Below are positions 10,994 through 19,106 of a stretch of 64,000 bases of DNA, in pieces; within the stretch, counting starts at the first letter, position 1; every line of letters begins with the position of its first letter. The notes below the pieces were generated by a model. The model was not told the DNA's origin. It ran no database searches and was given only the letters and a program-made list of their open reading frames with translations. This stretch comes from Candidatus Latescibacterota bacterium (GTDB lineage Bacteria; Latescibacterota; UBA2968; GCA-2709665), in contig CBDCOX010000002.1 in assembly GCA_965219995.1 (NCBI GenBank), positions 480,001 through 544,000 on the forward strand, read 5' to 3'. The translations under genes were made by a program, and so were the position numbers.

Positions 10994-11022
10994 AAAGTAA
11001 ACCAAGACGTGAGCATTGTCAA
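10994..11022 (-). promoter_or_regulatory. sigma70-type promoter of rho
   Basis: TTGACA-17 nt-TACTTT on the minus strand, preceded by an A-rich UP-like tract. Confidence 0.65.
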
Positions 11023-11474
11023 GTTTTTTCTTTATTTTTTCTAAAGATAGAGAAAACGAGAGCCGGAATTTGCGCGGGACCGAACCCTCATGGGAGCAAC
11101 CGAAACGGACCCGAAGAATGAGTGCCGTCCGCAGGTTTTGCGTCCGGGCGTCCGGATTCCACGCACGACCCTTCCGTTCAGGGGACGTTCTTCTTCCCGG
11201 TCGAAATCGAGGAGGAAAACGTTCAGATATCCAGGGTGCGTACTCGCCAGAAGCCGGAATGCCAATCCGCGTTTCAACTCATTCCTGCCGAGTAAGTTAT
11301 GCGCATAAATCGTGACGCCGGTCAGGGCGGGTTCCCCCGGTTGCGCCCGGAAGGGCCATGGGTCGGGTCGACCCGTTCTGACGGAGAATCGGTCTTGCAT
11401 TTCGGGGATGGGATGCATAGGTTACCAGCCCGTCGATAAAGTCCATCCGGGCTGCGTCCGACCGGAGAGCCGTC

Positions 11475-12548
11475 ATGTCGAATTCTGCCGCCGATTGCGG
11501 CATCGAGTTGCTCGAGGGCCTGAACGAAGGCGTCATTGCGTTCGACCGGCATCGCTGTGCCGTGTTGGCCAACGGGGCGTCGATTCGCCTGCTGGGACTT
11601 GCCGGGCGCGATGTGATCGGCCGCGGCGCCGACGAGCTGTTTGACGGTTGCCCGGAACTGTTGAAAATTCTGGAGGCCGGGTTTAAAGGTCGTCTGTGCC
11701 GCGAACCGAAAGACGTGATCTTGCAGCAGGAAGAGGGTGGAATGCGTCGTTTGGGCGCTACCACGTCGTATCTGAAAGCGGATACAGGCCATGGAGTCGT
11801 TCTGGTTGTACAGGACGTTTCGGCCCTGAAACGGATGGAGTGGGGGATGTACCAGGAGGAAAAGATGAGCGCGCTCGGGCGTCTGGCCGCATCCGTCGCT
11901 CACGAGGTCCGGAACCCGCTGGGCGCGGTCGACATTCAGCTGCAGCTTCTGGAAGATGACCTGAAGGACGTCGAAGAGGGACTGAGGGGCCGTGTTTATC
12001 GCAGGCTCAATATCGCGCAGATGGAAATGAAGCGGCTCGACAGGATTGTACACAATTTTCTGAGGTTTACCCGAACCCCGAGGCTGGATCTGCAGCGGAT
12101 AAGCCTCAACAGCGTGGTTCGACACGTTTTCGACCTGGTCTCACCGGAGGCGCGCGAACGGGGCGTTCGGCTGAATCTGGATCTCCTTGAAGGTCTTCCC
12201 GCGGTGGATGGAGATGAAAGCCAGCTTGGCCAGGCCGTCCTGAATATGACCGTCAATGCGTTCCAGGCCATGACATCGGGCGGAGAACTCTCCGCCCGAA
12301 CGCGGATGGATGCCGAGGGCAGTCAGGTCCGCCTCTCGATTTCGGATACCGGATGCGGGATTCCGGACGAGGAAATCGACCGGATATTCGAGCTCTATTA
12401 TACGACTCGCGATGAAGGGACCGGCCTTGGGCTCTCCATTGCCCAGCAGATCATCTATCAGCATCGGGGCCACATCGAAGTGGAGAGCGAAGCGGGCGAG
12501 GGAGCTGTTTTCAAGGTTTATCTGCCCACCCCCGGACCCACGCGTTAG
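11475..12548 (+). CDS. PAS-domain sensor histidine kinase (NtrB/AtoS-like, no obvious TM helix)
   Basis: N-terminal PAS-like region; AHEVRNPL H-box, NAFQA N-box, DTGCGI and GTGLGL boxes. Confidence 0.93.
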   Translation: MSNSAADCGIELLEGLNEGVIAFDRHRCAVLANGASIRLLGLAGRDVIGRGADELFDGCPELLKILEAGFKGRLCREPKDVILQQEEGGMRRLGATTSYLKADTGHGVVLVVQDVSALKRMEWGMYQEEKMSALGRLAASVAHEVRNPLGAVDIQLQLLEDDLKDVEEGLRGRVYRRLNIAQMEMKRLDRIVHNFLRFTRTPRLDLQRISLNSVVRHVFDLVSPEARERGVRLNLDLLEGLPAVDGDESQLGQAVLNMTVNAFQAMTSGGELSARTRMDAEGSQVRLSISDTGCGIPDEEIDRIFELYYTTRDEGTGLGLSIAQQIIYQHRGHIEVESEAGEGAVFKVYLPTPGPTR

Positions 12549-12588
12549 CGGGCCGTTACCGGTGAACGGTGCCGACGGACGGATAGAC

Positions 12589-13950
12589 ATGGAAACCAAA
12601 GATATCAGGATCTTTGTTGCCGACGACGAATACCACATATGCGAGGGGCTTAAAGAGTTCCTGACGAAGGTCGGGTATTCGGTCGATGTCGCGTATGACG
12701 GCGTGGAAGCGTCCGAACGTCTGAGCGCGCGGGTCTACCATGCGGCCATTCTGGATCTGAAGATGCCGGGAATCGACGGGATTGCCCTGTTGAAGCGACT
12801 GAAGAAAACCAGCCCCGATACCGGCGTTATCATGATTACCGCCTTTGGCGAGATCTCCACGGCCGTAGATGCCATGCGCCTGGGTGCGTATGATTACCTG
12901 GCGAAGCCGGTGGATCTCAAACGTCTGCGCCTCTCCCTGCAGCATCTCCTCGAGCATCAGGCTCTGGTCGCCGAAAACAAGGAGTTGCGGGCCTGGCTGG
13001 GATCGACTGAGGCTTTCGGAGAGATCGTGAACCGGAGTCCGGCTATGCAGAAGGTCTGCGATACGCTGGCGCAAGCTGCAATAACCGATGTTCCCGTACT
13101 GGTGATGGGCGATACCGGTACAGGCAAGGAGCTTGTGGCCCGGGCGATCCACCAGCGGAGCAGCCGCCGCGAGGGTCCCCTCGTGGCCGTGAACTGCGGC
13201 GCCGTTCCGGAAACGTTGTTCGAACGTGAGTTGTTCGGCCACATCAAAGGTGCGTTTACGGGCGCCCACGCCGACACGCCGGGCCGGTTCGCCGCCGCGG
13301 AGGCCGGCACGCTGTTCCTGGATGAAGTCGGTGAGATTCCACTCGCCAACCAGGTGGATCTCCTGAGGGTTCTGGAGGAGAAGGTGTACACCCCGGTCGG
13401 CAGCAGCGTGTCCACAAAGGCGGATGTACGGATCATCTTCGCCACGAACAGAAATCTGGATCAGGAAGTGAAGGAGGGTCGATTCCGGGAAGATCTGTAT
13501 TACCGGATCAATGTCGTCCCCATTCGGCTTCCGCAGCTACGAGACCGCAAGGAGGATATTCCGCTGCTTGTCGAGACCTTTCTGGATGAACTCTGCGTGT
13601 CACATCGCAAATCCAGGAAGCGATTTCTGCCGGACGCGATGCGGACGATACTGGACTATGCCTGGCCGGGAAACGTACGGGAGTTGAAGAACACCGTGGA
13701 GCGGATCGTCGTGACGTGTCCGGAGACCGAGGTCGGTCCTCAACGTCTCCCCTCGGGCGTCCGCGCGTCTGCTCCGGTTCCGAAGAATCTCGTTATTCCA
13801 CTGAGTACCTCAATAGAGGAAACGGAACGCCTTCTGATCGAAAATACGCTGGCACACGTCACGTCCAACCGCCAGGAAGCCGCCCGAGTGCTGGGTATCA
13901 GCGTACGTGCCCTCCATTACAAGATCAAGAAATACAGCCTCGGCTCCTGA
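12589..13950 (+). CDS. sigma54-dependent response regulator (REC-AAA+-Fis HTH, NtrC/AtoC family)
   Basis: ADDE, LDLKMP and KP receiver residues; GDTGTGKE, intact GAFTGA, FLDEVGE, WPGNVREL; C-terminal HTH. Start set at METKDI (12589). Confidence 0.95.
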   Translation: METKDIRIFVADDEYHICEGLKEFLTKVGYSVDVAYDGVEASERLSARVYHAAILDLKMPGIDGIALLKRLKKTSPDTGVIMITAFGEISTAVDAMRLGAYDYLAKPVDLKRLRLSLQHLLEHQALVAENKELRAWLGSTEAFGEIVNRSPAMQKVCDTLAQAAITDVPVLVMGDTGTGKELVARAIHQRSSRREGPLVAVNCGAVPETLFERELFGHIKGAFTGAHADTPGRFAAAEAGTLFLDEVGEIPLANQVDLLRVLEEKVYTPVGSSVSTKADVRIIFATNRNLDQEVKEGRFREDLYYRINVVPIRLPQLRDRKEDIPLLVETFLDELCVSHRKSRKRFLPDAMRTILDYAWPGNVRELKNTVERIVVTCPETEVGPQRLPSGVRASAPVPKNLVIPLSTSIEETERLLIENTLAHVTSNRQEAARVLGISVRALHYKIKKYSLGS

Positions 13951-14000
13951 GTAAGGAAGGCTGCGCATCCGGTTTATTCGCCGCCCCGGCCGCGTCCTGC

Positions 14001-14045
14001 TGCAAAATATGCGCAATCGTTACGGTTTCGGATGCAAAATTTGCG
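14001..14045. promoter_or_regulatory. Tandem enhancer (UAS)-like dyad sites
   Basis: TGCAAAATATGCG (14001-14013) and TGCAAAATTTGCG (14033-14045), 32 bp apart and about 100-145 bp upstream of the sigma54 site. Confidence 0.6.
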
Positions 14046-14143
14046 TTATCAGACGTAGTGGAACAGATCTCTCGCGCCCGGCGATTGGTATCGTTGGGCG
14101 CAAGTATTTTAATATTAAACACTTGTGTTTTTTGCGCAAAAAC

Positions 14144-14159
14144 TGGCATTAAAGTTGCT
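14144..14159 (+). promoter_or_regulatory. sigma54 (-24/-12) promoter
   Basis: TGGCAT-TAAAG-TTGCT matches TGGCAC-N5-TTGCW, with exactly 10 nt between GG and GC. Confidence 0.8.
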
Positions 14160-14188
14160 TATGTTTTTGGGGACCATATCATTGGAAT

Positions 14189-14228
14189 CGCTGATCGCTT
14201 GGATTTTCCGCTGATCGCTTGGATTTTC
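14189..14228 (+). repeat. Perfect 20-bp tandem duplication
   Basis: CGCTGATCGCTTGGATTTTC occurs twice, at 14189-14208 and 14209-14228. Confidence 0.95.
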
Positions 14229-14334
14229 ATCAAAACCGTGAACTTCGCGGTGGTTATCGAGGGTTTGATATCGCGAGGTGACACACGGTTCAATCCGAAC
14301 AGTCTGCAAAAACTGCACTTGCATCCCTGCAAAC

Positions 14335-14883
14335 ATGGCGCTGTCAAAATTCTACTACAGCAGTGAGTGGGAAACGGACCTGAGCGGCGTGGTCGGCTTT
14401 CATCCGGAGACGATGGTCGCGAGCCTGGCGCCCCGCGACCGGATGGGTGCAATCAAGGCGCTTGTCGACCCGTTGCACGCATCGGGGTACGTGACCGACA
14501 GTCTGCGGTTCCTTCAGTCTGTTCTGGACAGAGAAGACCTCGAGAGCACCGCTGTCGGGAACGGGATTGCTTTTCCCCATGCCCGTTGCGGTTCCGCCGC
14601 GCATCTGGGTATGGCGCTGGGCATTTCTCCGGTCGGCGTGGATTTTCACTCGGAGACCCACCCGGAGCCGGTTCGACTCATCTGCCTTGTGTCGGTGCCC
14701 GGGGAGGGCGACATAAGATATCTGCCCCTTCTGGGCTGTTTGTGCAGGCTGTTTCATGAAGAATTCACCGCAACATTTCTCAAGTCCCGTTCGGCAGAGG
14801 AAATGAATGGTCTGCTGATGCGGCAGATGCGCCTGCATGGCGCGATGCCCGAGGCGAACAGGGCGCACGTTTTGGCGACGTAG
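14335..14883 (+). CDS. PTS EIIA-2 domain protein (PtsN/EIIA-Ntr-like)
   Basis: VLDRE...STAVGNGIAFPHAR with the phospho-His retained; stand-alone, with no EIIB/EIIC nearby. Confidence 0.85.
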   Translation: MALSKFYYSSEWETDLSGVVGFHPETMVASLAPRDRMGAIKALVDPLHASGYVTDSLRFLQSVLDREDLESTAVGNGIAFPHARCGSAAHLGMALGISPVGVDFHSETHPEPVRLICLVSVPGEGDIRYLPLLGCLCRLFHEEFTATFLKSRSAEEMNGLLMRQMRLHGAMPEANRAHVLAT

Positions 14884-14921
14884 AATTGGATTACGCACAC
14901 TAATCTTCTGGAGGTCGGACC

Positions 14922-15773
14922 GTGGCTGGAATTATGATTCAGGATAGCGAATCTCTTGATCTCTACCTCAGGGATATCGCTTCTTCGGAACCGCTGACTG
15001 CCGAGACCGAGATCGCGCTCGCGCACCGGATCCGGAAGGGAGACCAGCGGGCCAGGGACAGGCTGGTTGCATCGAATCTCCGTTTTGTCGTCAGCGTCGC
15101 CAGGGAGTACCAGAACCATGGCGTGCCTTTGGCCGATCTCATCAGTGCGGGAAACATGGGCCTGATGACGGCTGCGGAGCGATTTGACGGGACGCGCGGG
15201 TTCAAGTTCATATCCTATGCGGTCTGGTGGATCCGCCAGGCCATCCATCAAAGCCTCGCACAGGATTCCCGTGTGGTCAGGTTACCTATAAACCGAATCG
15301 ATCTGTTGCACAATATCGCGAAGGTGTCGCGAGAGATCCGGCAATCTGAAGAGGCCGATCCCGATCCTGAGACGATCGCTGAGAAACTCGGCGTTTCGGT
15401 GGACATGGTACAGGATACCCTCCTCCGGGCGAGGGACGTCTGGTCGCTCGATGCGTCGTTCAAGGACGATGACGACCACAGCCTGCTCCATATTCTGCCG
15501 GACAGTTCTCAAAAGGCGCCGGACCTGGAAGTGGTCGACGAGTCGGTCAAGGATCAGGTCAAGATGGTCCTCGAAACACTCGATGCGCGGGAAGCGGAAG
15601 TGCTGCGGCTTTATTTCGGGTTGGGCGACGAGGAAGCAATGACGCTGGAGGAGATCGGCACCAGGTTCAGCCTTACGCGGGAACGCGTCCGGCAGATAAA
15701 GGAAAAGGCCCTCCGTCGACTTCGCCATCCGCGGCGCCGGCTGCAACTCGAGCCGTTGATGGAGTCGGCGTAG
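14922..15773 (+). CDS. RNA polymerase sigma factor, RpoD/RpoS family, lacking region 1.1
   Basis: LDLYLRDI (1.2), NLRFVVSVA, FKFISYAVWWIRQAI (2.3-2.4), TLEEIG..TRERVRQI (4.2); GGAGG RBS before the GTG start. Confidence 0.93.
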   Translation: MAGIMIQDSESLDLYLRDIASSEPLTAETEIALAHRIRKGDQRARDRLVASNLRFVVSVAREYQNHGVPLADLISAGNMGLMTAAERFDGTRGFKFISYAVWWIRQAIHQSLAQDSRVVRLPINRIDLLHNIAKVSREIRQSEEADPDPETIAEKLGVSVDMVQDTLLRARDVWSLDASFKDDDDHSLLHILPDSSQKAPDLEVVDESVKDQVKMVLETLDAREAEVLRLYFGLGDEEAMTLEEIGTRFSLTRERVRQIKEKALRRLRHPRRRLQLEPLMESA

Positions 15774-15831
15774 GCCGACGCGGCATGTTCCCGGCCCGAA
15801 AGGGGTGGGGACGATTCCCGCGGGGGATTCT

Positions 15832-15871
15832 ACCGGGCGGAGATGAGAAACGGTCTCCGCCCGGTTTTCTT
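15832..15871 (+). terminator. Intrinsic terminator after the sigma gene
   Basis: ACCGGGCGGAGA / TCTCCGCCCGGT 12-bp stem followed by TTTCTT. Confidence 0.7.
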
Positions 15872-16009
15872 GCATTCTTCAACCGCGGGAGGGTACCGGA
15901 TTCGACTCAGATAAACCGGGATGTATCGATCGGTTTCCCGTTCGTTGTGACAAATGGGCGGAACTTTCGGTGAGAGCACTGTTTTTTTCTTCCTCCGGGT
16001 TCGGCGCAC

Positions 16010-16039
16010 TTGACAAATTCCCACAATCGGGCCTATATT
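16010..16039 (+). promoter_or_regulatory. sigma70-type promoter for HU
   Basis: TTGACA-18 nt-TATATT. Confidence 0.6.
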
Positions 16040-16071
16040 CAGGGCAAATTCCAGAAAGGGGGTGAATTGCC

Positions 16072-16347
16072 ATGTCGAACAGGGCCGATCTAGTCGATGC
16101 GATTGCAAATCAGGCCGGTCTCTCAAAAAGGAATGCGGAATCCGCACTGCGTGTCGTTCTGAACGAAATCGCCGATTCGCTCAAAAACGGTGATCGCGTC
16201 GCTATTTCCGGGTTCGGGACGTTTTCGGTCGGAACCAGAGCCGCACGGACCGGTCGTAATCCACAGACGGGCGAGACGATTCAGATTTCCGCGGGCAAGA
16301 CCGTTCGTTTCAAAGCTGGAAAAGCACTTAAGGACGCTGTCAACTAA
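16072..16347 (+). CDS. hup: DNA-binding protein HU
   Basis: GFGTF and RTGRNPQTGE motifs; 91 aa. Confidence 0.95.
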   Translation: MSNRADLVDAIANQAGLSKRNAESALRVVLNEIADSLKNGDRVAISGFGTFSVGTRAARTGRNPQTGETIQISAGKTVRFKAGKALKDAVN

Positions 16348-16374
16348 CCGATATTTCTTCAATTCTGTCCATGG

Positions 16375-16410
16375 AGCCTCGAGAGCAACACTCGATCGAG
16401 GCTTTTTTTC
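16375..16410 (+). terminator. Intrinsic terminator after HU
   Basis: AGCCTCGA...TCGAGGCT stem followed by a T run. Confidence 0.7.
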
Positions 16411-16439
16411 TTGACAGAGCGGATTCCCGGAAATATACT
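16411..16439 (+). promoter_or_regulatory. sigma70-type promoter
   Basis: TTGACA-17 nt-TATACT, upstream of the lipoprotein gene. Confidence 0.75.
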
Positions 16440-16511
16440 GTTCCGCGTGTTCCATAAGATGGCGGGCCGGAAAACTCCGGTACGTTCCCGGCTGTCCAGG
16501 CGGAGACTGAA

Positions 16512-17030
16512 ATGAATCGCCGATTGACGTTCTTGATTCTTACACTGAGTGCGGGGTTGGCGCTGGGCTGCAGTGATCGCCTGGCGCAGATGCAGGAGCA
16601 GCTTGCCGGCACGTGGGAGTTGGAGTCCCGAACGTTGCCGGATGGGACGGTGCTTGGCAGGGCCGAGATTTCGGGCGTGTTCTCGTGGCAGCCGATCGAT
16701 TCGCGAAAAGCCCACGTCACGCTGAACCTGCTCATGGACGCGGCCGGCGAAAAACCCAGGACATTCGATTTCTCCGCGAGCAAATACGAAATCTCGACCT
16801 CCGCGATTACGCGTTCGCGGTATCTGCTTATGCGGCAGGGTTACCGCTCGTCGTCCGAATCGCCGATCACGATATACCATAAAGCCAAGGTCGAAAAGGG
16901 TAAGATTACGCTCGAGGACGGGCTGATTCGCATCACGCACGAGCGAGGGTACAGCGAAGAGTTCGGGGGCGATCGGATGGTCGCATCGTTTCCCGGTGTA
17001 TTTGAGGATACCTGGAAGCGGGTACGGTAG
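16512..17030 (+). CDS. Putative lipoprotein, lipocalin-like
   Basis: Signal peptide with lipobox LALG-C; LAGTWELES motif; GGAG RBS. Confidence 0.65.
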   Translation: MNRRLTFLILTLSAGLALGCSDRLAQMQEQLAGTWELESRTLPDGTVLGRAEISGVFSWQPIDSRKAHVTLNLLMDAAGEKPRTFDFSASKYEISTSAITRSRYLLMRQGYRSSSESPITIYHKAKVEKGKITLEDGLIRITHERGYSEEFGGDRMVASFPGVFEDTWKRVR

Positions 17031-17131
17031 GGTGGGCGGCGGCACGGCGGGCAACACCGGGCAGGGTCGGTTCGCCACGACGAAGTGAGAATCGACAGTA
17101 GCGAAACCCCCTGAATTCCGTAGGGTGCGCT
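17027..17131. repeat. Degenerate GTAG-family REP-like sequences
   Basis: GTAGGGTGGGC, GCAGGGTCGGTTCGC...GTAGCGAAACCCCC and GTAGGGTGCGCT in an intergenic gap. Confidence 0.35.
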
Positions 17132-17291
17132 GGTTTCCCGATGAATGAACGTCGTCCGAATTGCAGCGGAACGGGAAACGAATCAGGCCGGACAATTCTC
17201 CGAGCCTGTTTTTTTTCACCGATTCGGACCGCCCGCGGCGCGGCCGCGCGGACGTATCGCAGGCGACCGCGAAGTCGCAAGGAGATTGGGT

Positions 17292-18713
17292 ATGGCAGGG
17301 TTCTTTGAGCCACTGAAAGGCTTCGAAGTCAGAAAGATGCCGGCGCGAAAACCGTCTTTCTGGAAACTGGCCGGTCCAGGCGCCATTCTGGTCGGGCTGT
17401 CCATCGGCGCGGGCGAGATCGTCATCTGGCCGCGCATCGTCGCGGAATACGGGGCGAGCATGGTGTGGGCGGCCTGTCTCGGCATCTTTCTGCAACTCTG
17501 GATCAACTTTGAAGTTGGGAGATGGACCGTTGCCACGGGCGAAACGGTATATACCGGATACAGCCGGGTGTGGCGCGGATTCGCTCCCGTATTCATTCTG
17601 ATGACGATATTCAGCTGGATCGCGCCGGGGTGGGGACGCGCGTCGGGGTTGGCCCTGAAGGCGCTGCTGGTGGGGCCCCACGGATGGGGTTCGGATACAT
17701 TCTGGACGGTCATCACCTTTGCGGGAGTGGCCCTGATTCTGTTCGGGCCGAAGCTCATCTACCAGTCCGTCGAGCGGAGCATCGAGCTGCTCGTGGTGAT
17801 TGTGACAATCGGTCTGATCGTGGTCGCGTACGCGGTAGGGTCGGTCGAGACCTGGACGTCGCTGGGGAGGGGCGTTGTCAATGTCGGATACATCGATCCG
17901 GGCATGAGCGTCAAGGCGATGTTCATCGCCCTCGTATTTGCGGGCGCCGGCGGCACGGCCAATCTCTTCTATACATTCTACCTCCGGGACAAGCATATCG
18001 GGATGGGTGCGCATCTGCCCGAGATGCAGAACCCGCTCCGGGGGCGGACGGAGGCGATGCCCTCCACCGGGTTCCGGTTCGAGGAGACCGAAGAGAATAT
18101 CGGTCATTTCAGACGCTGGTTCGACTATGTGAAGAAGGACCAGATGCTGTTCTTCTGGGCCCTGAATTCGGTAACCATCCTGCTGTTTATCTTTGGCGCG
18201 CTTGCGGTCCTGCACCCGAACGGAATCGTTCCGGCCGGGGGCACGCTGATCTGGGACGAGGCCGAGGTCCTGGCAACGGTCTGGGGCGAGACGGGGAGAT
18301 ATGTCTTCCTGGTGGTGGGGCTTGCCACCCTGTTCAGCACACAGCTCGCGCTGGTCGACGGGGTGTCGCGGTCCATTGCGGACATGGTGTACACCAATTT
18401 CAGAGGGGCGAGGAAGCGGGAATTGAGCTGGTGGTACCTGGTCGTGGCGGCGACGTGGATCGTGGCCGGTTGCGTCATTACCTACGTGATGGAAGCCCGC
18501 GGAGTGAGCGAACTGGGATTCCTCTTCAACGCCGCCTATATCGGCGGATTCGCGATGGCGATCTATACCCCTCTCACGCTCTATATCAACCATCGCCACC
18601 TGCCGGCGGCGGCCCGCCCCGGTTGGGTGTGCACCCTCATGATGGGGATTGCATCGCTCGTTTACATTATATTCGCCGTGGCTTGCCTGCTCTGGGAATT
18701 CGGGTGGATATGA
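17292..18713 (+). CDS. Nramp-like (APC superfamily) transporter
   Basis: GPGAILVGLSIGAGE N-terminal motif, GRWTVATGET and many TM segments; GGAG RBS before ATG 17292. Confidence 0.8.
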   Translation: MAGFFEPLKGFEVRKMPARKPSFWKLAGPGAILVGLSIGAGEIVIWPRIVAEYGASMVWAACLGIFLQLWINFEVGRWTVATGETVYTGYSRVWRGFAPVFILMTIFSWIAPGWGRASGLALKALLVGPHGWGSDTFWTVITFAGVALILFGPKLIYQSVERSIELLVVIVTIGLIVVAYAVGSVETWTSLGRGVVNVGYIDPGMSVKAMFIALVFAGAGGTANLFYTFYLRDKHIGMGAHLPEMQNPLRGRTEAMPSTGFRFEETEENIGHFRRWFDYVKKDQMLFFWALNSVTILLFIFGALAVLHPNGIVPAGGTLIWDEAEVLATVWGETGRYVFLVVGLATLFSTQLALVDGVSRSIADMVYTNFRGARKRELSWWYLVVAATWIVAGCVITYVMEARGVSELGFLFNAAYIGGFAMAIYTPLTLYINHRHLPAAARPGWVCTLMMGIASLVYIIFAVACLLWEFGWI

Positions 18714-18789
18714 GAGTGACCTGTGATCGCTAACGGCTGTCCTCATCATTCAGACGCCGATGGATCTACGAAGGGATATCCTGTCCGGA

Positions 18790-18972
18790 GGACTCCCAGA
18801 GCAGAGCGCGCTGATCCGTCCAGCAACGTAGTTCAATGTTCCACCGAGGGTGTCAGGGCAGAGGATCCTGTGCATCCCGTGAGGGGATTCGCGCTGTGCA
18901 TATGGCAGGCCCCGCGCCCAGCGGCGACTTTTGGTTCCTTTTGGTCGCTTCAAAAGGAACCCGCCGGAGGCA
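18790..18972. repeat. Putative short structured interspersed element
   Basis: Ends GGCGACTTTTGGTTCCTTTTGGTCGCTTCAAAAGGAACCCGCCGGAGGCA, with an 11-bp stem at 18933-18943/18951-18961. Single copy in this window; left boundary uncertain. Confidence 0.4.
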
Positions 18973-19106
18973 GGGAATTTGGGGAGATGTGGATGTTGAG
19001 TTTCATCTTCGTCTTTTGATACAAGTGGTTCGCTGAGAGCTGATTACAGATCGCTGCTTTTCTCCGGTCGAATTCAGGCAACCTGTTTCCGGGACAGAAC
19101 ACTGAG

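Noticed and set aside
14189-14228. CRISPR array
   Set aside because: Only two abutting repeats, no spacers and no cas genes.
16359-18749. 796-aa minus-strand ORF and other long antisense or alternate-frame ORFs (e.g. 19122-20591, 20613-22202, 54109-55761, 60221-61615)
   Set aside because: Shadows of well-supported genes in high-GC DNA, with no recognisable motifs.
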